Assembly (NCBI RefSeq): GCF_051097895.1
Contig: NZ_CP142525.1
Location: forward strand, 840,001 to 872,000
From: Psychrobacter sp. HD31
GTDB taxonomy: Bacteria > Pseudomonadota > Gammaproteobacteria > Pseudomonadales > Moraxellaceae
DNA: 32,000 nucleotides
Direction: 5' to 3'
How positions within the stretch are numbered: the stretch's first letter is position 1; each line of letters opens with the position of its first letter. The notes below the pieces were generated by a model. It ran no database searches and was not told the origin of the DNA. It saw nothing but the letters and a program-made list of their open reading frames with translations. This document shows, piece after piece, positions 1 to 10,160 of the stretch. The translations under genes were made by a program, and so were the position numbers.

Positions 1-949
1 AACCATCATTACCAAAATGGTTAGCAATTGCGCTGGTTGTTTTTTCTAGTTCAGCCTTTGAGAAGAGGTCACCTTTTTTAAAGGTCACTAAATCTGCCAA
101 TATAGCTTCGTCATAAGTTTTGTCACCTTTAAAACCAACGCTATTAAAGTTATATTGCTCGCCTTCTGTGATATCAACATTAATATTCACGCTTTTTTTA
201 TCATCGCTTAATTTTGCATCTGCCACATTAACTTTTGCACGAACAAAACCTTCGTTCATGTACATGGTTTTCAGTTTTTCAACACTTGCTGCCAATTTAT
301 CTTTTGCATAACGGTCAGAGTTACTTAAAAAGCGATACCATGCGCTCTCTTTTAATAAAAATGCGCGTTTAACATCACCATCACTAAAATGGTTATTGCC
401 ACTTACATTAATGTCGACAACTTTTGCTGCTTTGCCTTCATCAAAAGTAATATCTAATTTGACACGGTTACCATCTAATAAAGTCTGATTAACCTTAATA
501 TCACTGTTATGGTAGCCTTGTAATATGTACTGTTGTTGTAGCTCGTTTGCAACCCCATTTAATGTCGACTGTTTAAGGACATTCCCTGGTGCCAAACCTG
601 CTGTTTTTAGCCCAGCATCCAAACCTTTTGTAGGAATTAATGAGTTACCATCAAAATTAACTTCGGCAATAATTGGTCGTTCAACAACCTCAAATAAAAC
701 CTTACCATTATTAACAGTCGATTGGATATTAGCAAAGTTACCTGTTTCGTACAGAGCTTCAATACTTTGTGCCAAACGTGCTTCTGTTAGGCTACTACCA
801 GCAGAAATCGGTAATAATGGGTACAAGCTGGTTTGAGACAAACGTTGTAAACCACTAAACTCAATATCCGTCACTATTTGCTCTGCATGCGCAGATACGG
901 ATATCATCGCTGCAACTAATGGAAGTACTACAAGGTTAGAATGTTTCAT
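1..949 (-). CDS. bamA: Outer membrane protein assembly factor BamA, N-terminal part (gene continues past the window start)
   Basis: The minus-strand frame is open from the window edge to the ATG at 949-947; it is absent from the ORF track because it is truncated. My translation starts MKHSNLVVLPLVAAMISVSAHAEQIVTDIEFSGLQRLSQ, a signal peptide followed by POTRA1. The stretch ALYETGNFANIQ...VVERPIIAEVNFDGN parallels E. coli BamA ALFATGNFEDV...VKERPTIASITFSGN. The position next to rseP is the canonical gammaproteobacterial synteny. Confidence 0.85.
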   Translation of the reverse strand, partial: MKHSNLVVLPLVAAMISVSAHAEQIVTDIEFSGLQRLSQTSLYPLLPISAGSSLTEARLAQSIEALYETGNFANIQSTVNNGKVLFEVVERPIIAEVNFDGNSLIPTKGLDAGLKTAGLAPGNVLKQSTLNGVANELQQQYILQGYHNSDIKVNQTLLDGNRVKLDITFDEGKAAKVVDINVSGNNHFSDGDVKRAFLLKESAWYRFLSNSDRYAKDKLAASVEKLKTMYMNEGFVRAKVNVADAKLSDDKKSVNINVDITEGEQYNFNSVGFKGDKTYDEAILADLVTFKKGDLFSKAELEKTTSAIANHFGNDG

Positions 950-1086
950 AAATGATGTTCTCGTAATTGTATTTAATCTTCATTTAATTTGACTAAGGTA
1001 AGGTAAATGCGACCTTTTGTCTATAGTTTTACAAAATATTTCTTAATAAAAACGCCAGCGTAACAAATGCCTACATAAAAGTTTCA

Positions 1087-2469
1087 TTACAGCAATCTAC
1101 CAATATCCAATGTGATTGCCAATAGCATTAAACTCATCATTAATAGCATCCCAATATTAAGCCCTATTAATTGCGTTTTTTCAGATAATGGTTTGCCTCT
1201 TATCAGCTCAATTAGGTAATACAACATATGCCCACCATCCAATACCGGAATTGGTAATAAGTTAAGCACGGCAAGACTAACGCTAATGATTGCAGCAAAA
1301 GAAACCACTGCTTGCCAGCTAATTTCGAACGTTTGTTTAGCAACTTTAGCAATGGTAATAGGACCTGATATATTTTCAATCCCTATCATGCCAGTTAACA
1401 TTTTTCCCATAGATTTAAGCGTCATCCATGACATGCTCCCCGTTTTATCAAAGCTTTTGCCAATGGCAGTGATAGGATCATAAACCACCATTTTTTTATA
1501 ACTTTCTGGCACTTTAATATCAACAGGCTTAACACCTGCACCTAAAAAGCCAACTTCTCTGCCATTATCATCTTTTTTGCCTTGTGGCATAATTTGTAAT
1601 TCAACCGCACTGCCCTGACGTAGTACCGTGAAAGCAAGTAATTTTTCTGGATTTTCCTGAATCATGTTGACGGCAGATAACCAGTCATTAATTTTAGTAC
1701 CATTAATATGCGTGATGACATCTCCCACTTGCATACCCTGACGGATTGCTGCACCATCTTCGCTTAACTGCCCAACTACCGGTTTGATTTTTGGTTGCCA
1801 AGGTGCTACACCCAAAGCCGCTAATGGACTTTTGCCTTTATCGTCACCTTGCATAAATTCTTTAATAGCAACTGGATAGTTTTTTGTTGTATTGAGTGCC
1901 GTATCACCCTGATAAGGTGTCACTGTAACCGTGATATTTTTGGTTTCTCCCATATAATCAGCTAATTTATAATTAATTGCTTCCCAGTCATTTACTGGTT
2001 TACCATCAATCGCACTAATCATATCTCCAGCTTGCATTTGTGCTGTTTGGGCAAAGCTGTTGGGCACAATAGAACCTATTCGCGTGTTATATTGCTCACT
2101 TGGGGTAATGAACAGCACCCAAAATAATACAATCGCAATCAAAAAGTTCATTAACGGACCTGCCAATACAATGGCTATCTTTTTTAATGGGTGTTGACTG
2201 TTAAAGTCGAGATGTTTTTCATGTTCCGCAACTTTTACCTCTCGGCTGTCTAGCATTTTTACATAGCCACCAAGTGGTAATGCCGAAACACAGTAGTTAA
2301 TATCCGTTTTTTTACTGGTCCAACTCAGCAGTTTTGGTCCAAAACCAATAGAATACGTAATCACTTTAACACCGCACAAACGGGCAACAATATAGTGCCC
2401 CCACTCATGCAAAGCGATTAAAGGACCTAAAACAAAAATTGCAGCTAAGATTGTATAAATAAGTGTCAT
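1087..2469 (-). CDS. rseP: RIP zinc metalloprotease RseP (site-2 protease)
   Basis: 460-aa ORF with an HEWGH (HExxH) motif in the first TM segment, central PDZ-like repeats, and a C-terminal NLLPIPVLDGGH motif. It lies in bamA-rseP-dxr synteny. Confidence 0.93.
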   Translation of the reverse strand: MTLIYTILAAIFVLGPLIALHEWGHYIVARLCGVKVITYSIGFGPKLLSWTSKKTDINYCVSALPLGGYVKMLDSREVKVAEHEKHLDFNSQHPLKKIAIVLAGPLMNFLIAIVLFWVLFITPSEQYNTRIGSIVPNSFAQTAQMQAGDMISAIDGKPVNDWEAINYKLADYMGETKNITVTVTPYQGDTALNTTKNYPVAIKEFMQGDDKGKSPLAALGVAPWQPKIKPVVGQLSEDGAAIRQGMQVGDVITHINGTKINDWLSAVNMIQENPEKLLAFTVLRQGSAVELQIMPQGKKDDNGREVGFLGAGVKPVDIKVPESYKKMVVYDPITAIGKSFDKTGSMSWMTLKSMGKMLTGMIGIENISGPITIAKVAKQTFEISWQAVVSFAAIISVSLAVLNLLPIPVLDGGHMLYYLIELIRGKPLSEKTQLIGLNIGMLLMMSLMLLAITLDIGRLL

Positions 2470-2521
2470 TTCAAAAAAATATTAAAATAAATGGATAGCA
2501 TGATGCTATTTGGGTTATGAG

Positions 2522-3736
2522 CTATTTCAACGATAAACGATTGATTGCCATTTGGGCAGCTTGTCTGGCAGAACCATCAACCAATAAAATTTGTTGAAGG
2601 CTATTAATTGTATTTGCCGAATTTGCATTGGTTGACATCGCCTCTAATACTAACTCATTAATGTTTGCAATGTCTGTCAGCCTGATTTGTTTTTGTAAAA
2701 ATGCGTCTACCGCTACTTCATTACTGGCATTTAAACTAATGTTTGCCCAGCTGCCTGCCTGCATTGCTTGCCTTGCTAAACGTAAACACGCAAACTTTTG
2801 CAAATCTGGCTCTAAAAACTCCAGCTGACTCATTTTGTATAAGTCTAAACGTTGTACACCACTTTCAATACGTTGTGGATATGCCAAGCAATGGGCAATT
2901 GGCGTGCGCATATCGGGCGAGCCCATTTGCGACAAAATGCTGCCATCTACATATTCAACTAACGAATGAATAATGCTTTGGGGATGCATCACCACTTTAA
3001 TTTTATCTTCAGGTAAATTAAATAAATGGCAAGCTTCAATTAATTCCAGCCCTTTATTCATCATAGTAGCAGAATCAACAGATATTTTTTGTCCCATCGA
3101 CCAATTAGGATGTGCCACAGCTTGCTCAACCGTTGCCATTTGCATTTGTTTAAAATCTGAATGCAAAAAAGGACCACCTGAAGCTGTTAACCATAATTGG
3201 CGAATACCATAATCAATATTGTGAATATTTTCACTATGTTGTTGAACCGCTTGCGGTAAGCTTTGAAAAATTGCATTATGTTCAGAATCAACAGGCAATA
3301 AGGTAGCGTTTGCATGGCGCGCTGCTGACATCATCAACTCACCTGCCATTACCAAGGCTTCTTTATTGGCAAGCAAAATTCGTTTGCCTGCCTGCGCCGC
3401 TGCAAGTGTTGACTCTAACCCTGCACTACCAACAATTGATGCCACCACAGTATCAACTTGGCTATCTGAGGCAATATCTTTTAGCCCAGTTTGTCCGCCA
3501 ACAACCTCAATTTTTAAACCCGCATCTTGCAAACGTGTTGTAAATGCATCAACCTCTTTTTGCGCAACTGCCACTCTTTTAGGCAAAAATTGCTGACAAA
3601 GCTCAAACAGTCTATCAAGGCGACTGAAGCCAGACAAAGCATAAACACTAAATTTATCTTTATGTTTATTAAGGATATCAAGTGTGCTTGTACCAATTGA
3701 GCCTGTTGCACCAAGTATGGCGATTTGTTGAGTCAC
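2522..3736 (-). CDS. dxr: 1-deoxy-D-xylulose-5-phosphate reductoisomerase
   Basis: 404-aa ORF with the N-terminal NADPH-binding motif ILGATGSIGTSTLDI and the motifs LLPVDSEHNAIFQ and HPNWSMG typical of Dxr. Confidence 0.95.
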   Translation of the reverse strand: MTQQIAILGATGSIGTSTLDILNKHKDKFSVYALSGFSRLDRLFELCQQFLPKRVAVAQKEVDAFTTRLQDAGLKIEVVGGQTGLKDIASDSQVDTVVASIVGSAGLESTLAAAQAGKRILLANKEALVMAGELMMSAARHANATLLPVDSEHNAIFQSLPQAVQQHSENIHNIDYGIRQLWLTASGGPFLHSDFKQMQMATVEQAVAHPNWSMGQKISVDSATMMNKGLELIEACHLFNLPEDKIKVVMHPQSIIHSLVEYVDGSILSQMGSPDMRTPIAHCLAYPQRIESGVQRLDLYKMSQLEFLEPDLQKFACLRLARQAMQAGSWANISLNASNEVAVDAFLQKQIRLTDIANINELVLEAMSTNANSANTINSLQQILLVDGSARQAAQMAINRLSLK

Positions 3737-3800
3737 TTAAACACCTTTTTTGATAAGTTAAATAAATATGAACTTTGATAAGTTAAGTTAACTATAGTTG

Positions 3801-4622
3801 CTAAATTATAAATTGTTGTATTGCCCAATATCCTAATGCAAAAATTGGCATTGCCGAAAGCTGTGAGTCAATACGGTCTAAGATGCCCCCATGCCCTGGT
3901 AATATTGAGCCAGAATCTTTAATGCCAACTTGCCGTTTAAACATAGACTCTAATAAATCACCAAATACTGACGCAATAATAGTTAATAATGACAGTAAAA
4001 CAAAAAACACCAATGCCAAGCCCGTATAATCTAGCTTGAATGTGACAACCAACAATACAGCAATTAATCCCGTTGCTAAACCACCAAATAAGCCTTCCAT
4101 ACTTTTATTGGGCGACACGCTGGGTGCCATTTTATGTTTACCAAATTTTCTGCCTACAAAATATGCGCCAGTATCAGCACTCCACACCAACACAAACACA
4201 TACATCAACCACCAAGGAGATAACGACCACAAATAGAACATTGCCGTCATTGCCGCAGTCATTAATATCACACCAACAAGGGTTAAGCGAGAATCAAACC
4301 AACTGATTTTTTTAGGATACTGCAGAATCCAGATAACGGCAAACAACCAAACAATAATAGATGCTGACCACCAGCCTACCCAACTAACAGGAAACGCCAA
4401 AGAAACAACATTAATAACCAACACCGTTGCTACATAAAACGTTGGGGTATGAACCATGCTTGTGGTTGTTGCAGGCTTTGGTAAAAATTGAGTCCACTCT
4501 TGTGCTGCAAGGGCAATCCCAACAATCAGCATTGCAATAAATAGATAGGGTGAGCTGCTTGCAAACATCGCCAAACCAACAATGAGAACCAAGATTAATG
4601 CTGTTTGGATACGTTGCCACAT
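3801..4622 (-). CDS. cdsA: Phosphatidate cytidylyltransferase
   Basis: 273-aa polytopic membrane ORF with the CdsA signature SMFKRQVGIKDSGSILPGHGGILDRIDS, between uppS and dxr. Confidence 0.93.
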   Translation of the reverse strand: MWQRIQTALILVLIVGLAMFASSSPYLFIAMLIVGIALAAQEWTQFLPKPATTTSMVHTPTFYVATVLVINVVSLAFPVSWVGWWSASIIVWLFAVIWILQYPKKISWFDSRLTLVGVILMTAAMTAMFYLWSLSPWWLMYVFVLVWSADTGAYFVGRKFGKHKMAPSVSPNKSMEGLFGGLATGLIAVLLVVTFKLDYTGLALVFFVLLSLLTIIASVFGDLLESMFKRQVGIKDSGSILPGHGGILDRIDSQLSAMPIFALGYWAIQQFII

Positions 4623-4700
4623 GTCAGAGATACCTTTTAAATTAAATCGTTAAAACTGCTTACGCTTTTACGTGTTTATTGTTATTTTTGCTATTATAGA

Positions 4701-5453
4701 TTAAGTTTTATTTTCTATTTGTTCACTGGTCTTTCCAAACCGACGTTGGCGATTAGCAAACTCTACCATCATGTTTTCAAGCTCTTTATCAGTAAAGTCT
4801 GGCCATAATGTATCGGTAAAAAATAATTCTGCATAAGCAGATTGCCATAACAAAAAGTTTGAAATGCGATACTCACCACCAGTTCTGATAAGCATATCGA
4901 CATCAGGTATATCGGCAAGTTCTACACAGTTACCCAGTGTGTTTACGTTGATATCTTTGACATCAACCTGACCACTAACTGCTTTTTTGGCAAGCTGTTT
5001 GGCTGCATTCGCAATATCCCACTGGCCGCCATAGCTAATGGCTATCACCAGTGTCATGGCATCATAATGGGCGGTTTTTTCTTCTGCTTGCGCCATCAAC
5101 TTTTGTAAGCCTATGTCTAATTGGCTTCTGTCACCAATAAAACGCAAACGAACCTGATAATTGTCCATTTTAGGGATTTGCTCATGGATGCTTTGTTCAA
5201 GTAAGTGCATTAGCAAGGCGACTTCATCGGCAGGACGTTGCCAATTTTCGCTAGAAAAGGCAAAAACAGTCAGCACGTCTACGCCTTTGTTTAGACAAAA
5301 CTCAACAATTGGGTCTAAGGCATCTTTGCCTTTAACGTGCCCTTCTCCTGTTGCTAAGCTATTTGCTTTACCATAACGATTATTACCATCCATGATGATG
5401 GCAATGTGCTTAGGGATAGAAGAAGAAAAAGATGGTTGACTCATAAAGAACAC
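4701..5453 (-). CDS. uppS: Di-trans,poly-cis-undecaprenyl-diphosphate synthase
   Basis: 250-aa ORF with the motifs HIAIIMDGNNRYGK and RTGGEYRISNFLLWQSAYAELFF. The start could instead be the ATG 9 nt downstream (M4). Confidence 0.94.
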   Translation of the reverse strand: MFFMSQPSFSSSIPKHIAIIMDGNNRYGKANSLATGEGHVKGKDALDPIVEFCLNKGVDVLTVFAFSSENWQRPADEVALLMHLLEQSIHEQIPKMDNYQVRLRFIGDRSQLDIGLQKLMAQAEEKTAHYDAMTLVIAISYGGQWDIANAAKQLAKKAVSGQVDVKDINVNTLGNCVELADIPDVDMLIRTGGEYRISNFLLWQSAYAELFFTDTLWPDFTDKELENMMVEFANRQRRFGKTSEQIENKT

Positions 5454-5535
5454 ATGTTAGGTAAATTTAACAAACAAATCATTGAATGTACTTCGACATC
5501 CAATGATTCAATCATACAACGAATAAAACTGATAA

Positions 5536-6090
5536 TTAAACTTCCATCAGCTCATTTTCTTTTTTCTCTAAGTTCTCATCGATGGTGGCGATAAACTTAT
5601 CGGTAATTTTTTGGATGTCATCACCTGCTCTACGCTCTTCATCTTCTGAAATTTCTTTCTCTTTTGCTAAATCTTTAATATCACCTAGCATATCACGGCG
5701 GATATTGCGGATTGATACGCGACTGTTTTCTGCTTCGCTACGAGCAAGTTTTTGCATATCACGGCGTGTTTCTTCGGTCAGTGCAGGCATTGGCACACGA
5801 ATCACATCGGCTGTCATTGGGTTTAACCCTAAATCTGCCTCACGGATTGCTTTATCAATTGCTTCAACCATGGTACGGTCAAATGGCTGCACCAATAGTG
5901 TACGTGCATCTTCTGCACTCACGTTAGCGACTTGGTTAAGCGGCGTATCTGCGCCGTAGTAGCTAACCATAATGCCATTTAAAATACTTGGATGCGCACG
6001 ACCTGTACGGATTTTTTGAAACGCATTATCAAGAGCTTCTAGCGTTTTGCTCATACGGCTTTCGCCATCTTGTTTAATTTCATTAATCAT
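5536..6090 (-). CDS. frr: Ribosome recycling factor
   Basis: 184-aa ORF with full-length Frr-like sequence ([19 protein letters not shown]...), in pyrH-frr-uppS synteny. Confidence 0.95.
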   Translation of the reverse strand: MINEIKQDGESRMSKTLEALDNAFQKIRTGRAHPSILNGIMVSYYGADTPLNQVANVSAEDARTLLVQPFDRTMVEAIDKAIREADLGLNPMTADVIRVPMPALTEETRRDMQKLARSEAENSRVSIRNIRRDMLGDIKDLAKEKEISEDEERRAGDDIQKITDKFIATIDENLEKKENELMEV

Positions 6091-6163
6091 GGATGATTCC
6101 TATTTATTTATAATCAAATCTGTTTTTAAACATGGGGGTTTTATTTGTAATAAAAACGCTTCA

Positions 6164-6889
6164 CTATTGTGATACATAAGTGCCTTCATTTTCACCCGTA
6201 ATCACATTAATTAAGGCGTAGTTTTTGTTCATATCAAATACTTGCAAAGGCACATTGTGCTCACGCAATAAAGCAATGGCAGTTAAGTCCATAACGCCTA
6301 GTTTTTGCTCTAAAACTTCGTCAAACGTTAGGCTATTATATTTTTTAGCATCATCATTGATTGCTGGGTCTTTATCATAAACGCCATCCACTTTAGTTGC
6401 TTTTAAAATCAAGTCTGCTTCAATTTCAATACCACGTAGGCAAGCTGCTGTATCAGTAGTAAAGAACGGATTACCTGTACCAGCAACAAAGATACAAACT
6501 TCGCCTGCTGTTAAATATCGGTTTGCATTGCGGCTGCTAAAACCTTCTGTCACTTCACCAATTGGCAAAGCAGACAATAAACGAGTTTTAATATTACGAC
6601 GCTCTAAGGCATCTCGCATTGCCAGTCCATTCATCACAGTAGCAAGCATGCCCATTTGGTCACCCGTGACACGCCCCACTAAACCTTGCTTTTGTAGCTC
6701 TGCACCGCGATAAATGTTACCACCACCCACAACAATGCCTACCTGCACACCTAAACCACAAAGATGCGCAATATCAAGGCTCATTTTATTTAATACATCT
6801 GCATTAATGCCCATTCCTTGACCGCCAGCTAACGCCTCGCCAGATAGTTTTAATAAAATACGATTATAGCTTGGGGTTTTATCAGACAT
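6164..6889 (-). CDS. pyrH: UMP kinase
   Basis: 241-aa ORF with [13 protein letters not shown] and GGGNIYRG motifs, upstream of frr. Confidence 0.95.
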   Translation of the reverse strand: MSDKTPSYNRILLKLSGEALAGGQGMGINADVLNKMSLDIAHLCGLGVQVGIVVGGGNIYRGAELQKQGLVGRVTGDQMGMLATVMNGLAMRDALERRNIKTRLLSALPIGEVTEGFSSRNANRYLTAGEVCIFVAGTGNPFFTTDTAACLRGIEIEADLILKATKVDGVYDKDPAINDDAKKYNSLTFDEVLEQKLGVMDLTAIALLREHNVPLQVFDMNKNYALINVITGENEGTYVSQ

Positions 6890-7025
6890 ACGCCACCTTT
6901 TATGTTATGTTTTTACAAGATAAAATTTAGTTTTTGACCAGTAAAGTCAATTTTATGTAAATCTTAGGGATTTTAACAAAATTTACAGATTTTTAATACC
7001 AATTTATGTATACAGGACTTTCAAA

Positions 7026-8570
7026 TTACACAAAACTGGCAAACAAATCATACTCACTTGCCTCGTCGATGGTTACCGTTAAATACTGCCCAACTTTAAC
7101 ATTTTGATTAATATTATCCACATAAACATGCCCATCAATTTCTGGAGCATCGGCATAGCTGCGACAAATGGCAATATTTTCAACACTGTCTATCTCATCA
7201 ATTAACACACGCATGGTACGCCCAACTTTTTCTTGTAACTTTTGGGCAGAGATTTGCTGTTGCAATGCCATTAAACGGTTATAGCGGTCTTTTTTTGTCG
7301 CTTCTGGTACAGGGTTTGGTAACTCATTGGCTTTTGCGCCTTCTACCTCAGAATAAGTAAAACAGCCCACTCTATCTAAACGAGCCTGTTTTAACCAATC
7401 TAACAAATATTCAAAGTCTTCTTCTGTTTCGCCAGGGAAACCAACCACAAAAGTAGAGCGGACAACGATTTCTGGGCATATTTCACGCCATTTTTGAATA
7501 CGCTCTAGGGTGTTTTCACTATGTGCTGGGCGTTTCATTGCCTTAAGAACACTTGGGCTGGCATGTTGCAAAGGAATATCAAGATACGGCAATAAACCAC
7601 CGTTTAATCCATTGTTACAAGGTTTCATTAATTCAACGACTTTATCCACATGTGGATATGGGTAGACATAATGTAAACGTACCCAAGTATCATTAAGCTT
7701 ACCTAATTTTGCCATTGCCTGACACATATCAAAGAATTTTGATTTAAGCGGCATACCATCCCAAAAGGCAGTTTTATATTTTAAATCCAGCCCATATGCC
7801 GAGGTATCCTGAGAAATAACCAACAGTTCTTTAACGCCAGAATTTTGCAATGCTTTGGCTTCTGCCATTACTTTATCTACAGGAGTTGAGTCTAAATCGC
7901 CACGCAAACTTGGGATAATACAAAATGTACAACGATGATTACAGCCTTCAGAAATTTTAAGATACGCATAATGGCTTGGGGTGAGTTTAATACCCGCATC
8001 AATCAAATCTATTTTTGGATCATAATCTTCTTGGTTTTTTAGGTTGTCTGCTATCGGGGCATGTGTGTTAACCGCTGTAACCACTTCTTCATAAGCATGC
8101 GCGCCAGTAACCGACAGCACAGCTGGATGCATGGTTTTTATTTTTTCGGCATCTTTACCCAAACACCCTGTGACAATGACTTTACCGTTTTGATGGATTG
8201 CTTCTCCAATGGCATCTAATGATTCTTGAACAGCCGACTCAATAAACCCGCAGGTATTTACCACTACTAAATCTGCACCATCGTAATCGCCTGCCACATC
8301 ATAACCACCTTTCGTTAACTCAGTGATAATACGCTCACTATCAACTAAGGCTTTAGGGCAACCTAAGGATACAAAACCGACTTTTGGGGCTTTATTTGTC
8401 ACTGGTGTATTAGTCACCTGCTTGGCACTCTGCTCAAGCGTGCGATTTTGATTATGATTGGCTTTATGGTGGTAAGCTTGCGACTCTTGAGATTGGCTGG
8501 CGTTGCTGTGGTTAGCTTGCTGGCTATCATTTTTTGGGGTCGGGTTAAAAACCGAGACTGGGTTGGTCAT
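7026..8570 (-). CDS. rimO: Ribosomal protein S12 methylthiotransferase RimO, with a ~60-aa low-complexity N-terminal extension if the ATG at 8570 is used
   Basis: 514-aa ORF. The core from [19 protein letters not shown] matches the RimO N-terminus, followed by the radical-SAM motif [11 protein letters not shown] and a C-terminal TRAM-like region. An in-frame GTG at 8402-8400 would give a canonical-length protein. Confidence 0.9.
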   Translation of the reverse strand: MTNPVSVFNPTPKNDSQQANHSNASQSQESQAYHHKANHNQNRTLEQSAKQVTNTPVTNKAPKVGFVSLGCPKALVDSERIITELTKGGYDVAGDYDGADLVVVNTCGFIESAVQESLDAIGEAIHQNGKVIVTGCLGKDAEKIKTMHPAVLSVTGAHAYEEVVTAVNTHAPIADNLKNQEDYDPKIDLIDAGIKLTPSHYAYLKISEGCNHRCTFCIIPSLRGDLDSTPVDKVMAEAKALQNSGVKELLVISQDTSAYGLDLKYKTAFWDGMPLKSKFFDMCQAMAKLGKLNDTWVRLHYVYPYPHVDKVVELMKPCNNGLNGGLLPYLDIPLQHASPSVLKAMKRPAHSENTLERIQKWREICPEIVVRSTFVVGFPGETEEDFEYLLDWLKQARLDRVGCFTYSEVEGAKANELPNPVPEATKKDRYNRLMALQQQISAQKLQEKVGRTMRVLIDEIDSVENIAICRSYADAPEIDGHVYVDNINQNVKVGQYLTVTIDEASEYDLFASFV

Positions 8571-8621
8571 AATGTTTAAAATAGATAACTAAAATTGCCG
8601 CAGATTTTAACATTTTTTGCA

Positions 8622-8652
8622 TTGGTTTTATATGTTGGTTTTATAAAACCAA
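8622..8652. repeat. 11-bp direct repeat TTGGTTTTATA (8622-8632 and 8635-8645); the second copy lies within an 18-bp perfect palindrome TTGGTTTTATAAAACCAA (8635-8652)
   Basis: Read directly from the sequence in the rimO/ntrB divergent intergenic region. Function unknown; possibly an operator. Confidence 0.8.
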
Positions 8653-8696
8653 AAAACAGAGTACCACATACTTCACATCATCACTTTTAACAGCCT

Positions 8697-8713
8697 TGCA
8701 CCAAATTAGTGCA
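8697..8713 (+). promoter_or_regulatory. Candidate NtrC upstream activator site TGCACCAAATTAGTGCA
   Basis: 17-bp dyad TGCAC-N7-GTGCA matching the enterobacterial NtrC consensus (TGCACCA-N3-TGGTGCA). It lies about 60 bp (roughly 75 bp centre to centre) upstream of the sigma-54 promoter of ntrBC. Confidence 0.6.
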
Positions 8714-8771
8714 TATCTATCAAAATTAGGTTAGAATCGACTTAAAACAATGCAACTACTAAGTTAATCTT

Positions 8772-8789
8772 TAGGCACTATTTTTGCAT
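8772..8789 (+). promoter_or_regulatory. Sigma-54 (-24/-12) promoter TAGGCACTATTTTTGCAT for ntrBC
   Basis: GG at 8774-8775 and GC at 8786-8787 are separated by exactly 10 nt. AGGCAC-N5-TTGCA compares with the consensus TGGCAC-N5-TTGCW. The -12 GC lies 46 nt upstream of the ntrB ATG. Confidence 0.7.
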
Positions 8790-8833
8790 GATGAAAAGTA
8801 AATAACATTAAAGAAAAGAGAAGCCACCCAATT

Positions 8834-10081
8834 ATGATAAACAATAAGACAAACGATAAAAGCTATGCAAACAAATCGTTACAACCATTATTGTATGACA
8901 AATCGCTGTCACCTGTTTTTAATCATAGCTTTACATCAATGGTAGTAACAGATACAGATGGTCATATTAATTGGGTAAACATGGCATGCGAGCAACTACT
9001 AAACACCAGTGCAAAACAGCTGGTTGGACTGTCTATTTATGACATACTTTTGCCAAGCAAAAAAGACAATGGCATTAACTCATTAAAAACAGACTCAATA
9101 CAAGCCCAGTTTGATAAAGCCAAAAACAGTTTTCAAGCCTTTGTTAGCTATGACCGTTGGATTACGGCTATTAAACAATCCTTATTTGTTGACTATAGCG
9201 TAACCCCCACCCTTAATGAGAATAAAACAGAGTTTTTAATAGAAATTTGGTCTAAAGATCGTCACCATCGCATATCGCAAGAGCACTTAGACCAACAACA
9301 GTATGACATTGCACGCAATATGTTGCGCTCGGTTGCACATGAAGTTAAAAACCCATTAGCGGGTATCCGAGGCGCAGCTCAATTACTAGAGCGACAATTA
9401 AAAAAACTGCAAATTCATGATGATAAAATCCAAACCTATGCCAATATCGTTATTAATGAGACAGACAGATTAAATCAACTCATTAAACAAATATTGGGGA
9501 GTCAGCAGCAACCAAATTGGCAGTCAATGAATGTACACATCCCCCTTGAACATGTATTAACATTAGCACACAGCCAAAACCCAGATTTAAAAATTATAAA
9601 AGATTATGATTTATCACTACCAGATGTTATTGCTGATAAAGACTTGCTTATCCAAGCCTTTTTAAACCTAACTACCAACGCCATAGAAGCGATGCAACAA
9701 AAGCAGGTTGAATTGCAAATGGCAAAAGAGACACTAGATAATACAACAGAATATCAACCAAAACTCACGATAAGCACTCGTGTTGAGTTTCAATACACCG
9801 TTGGTAATACCAAGCACAAACAAGTTGCAAAAATCAGCCTAACCGACAACGGGAATGGTATTGATGACGCCTTACTAAATAAAATATTTTTCCCTTTAGT
9901 CACTGGGCGTGCAGAAGGTACGGGTCTCGGCTTATCGATTGTGCAAAATATCATTCAACAACACCATGGACAAGTTGAGGTAAAATCTGCCAAAGGCAAA
10001 ACAACCTTTAGTATTTATTTGCCTTTTTCTCATCCTAACCCTAAAAACGACCCAACAAAACACTTGAGCACCCTACCATAA
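8834..10081 (+). CDS. ntrB: Nitrogen regulation sensor histidine kinase NtrB
   Basis: 415-aa ORF with an N-terminal PAS-like region. The H-box HEVKNPLAGIRGAAQLLERQL closely matches NtrB (HEIKNPLGGLRGAAQLL). N- and G-boxes are present (LTTNAIEA; GTGLGLSIVQNII). ntrC follows immediately. Confidence 0.88.
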   Translation: MINNKTNDKSYANKSLQPLLYDKSLSPVFNHSFTSMVVTDTDGHINWVNMACEQLLNTSAKQLVGLSIYDILLPSKKDNGINSLKTDSIQAQFDKAKNSFQAFVSYDRWITAIKQSLFVDYSVTPTLNENKTEFLIEIWSKDRHHRISQEHLDQQQYDIARNMLRSVAHEVKNPLAGIRGAAQLLERQLKKLQIHDDKIQTYANIVINETDRLNQLIKQILGSQQQPNWQSMNVHIPLEHVLTLAHSQNPDLKIIKDYDLSLPDVIADKDLLIQAFLNLTTNAIEAMQQKQVELQMAKETLDNTTEYQPKLTISTRVEFQYTVGNTKHKQVAKISLTDNGNGIDDALLNKIFFPLVTGRAEGTGLGLSIVQNIIQQHHGQVEVKSAKGKTTFSIYLPFSHPNPKNDPTKHLSTLP

Positions 10082-10160
10082 CCAAATGAGTTGATAGTAT
10101 TATCGCTAATTTAAAGTAGGCAAAATAATCGCAATCAATACAATAATATAGGCAAAAACA

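Noticed and set aside
5582-5959. 125-aa plus-strand ORF inside frr, and the many similar 60-115-aa track ORFs antisense to dxr, cdsA, ntrC, the DUF294 gene, the MFS gene and others
   Set aside because: All lie within and opposite well-supported conserved genes and have biased low-complexity translations. They are best explained as shadow ORFs.
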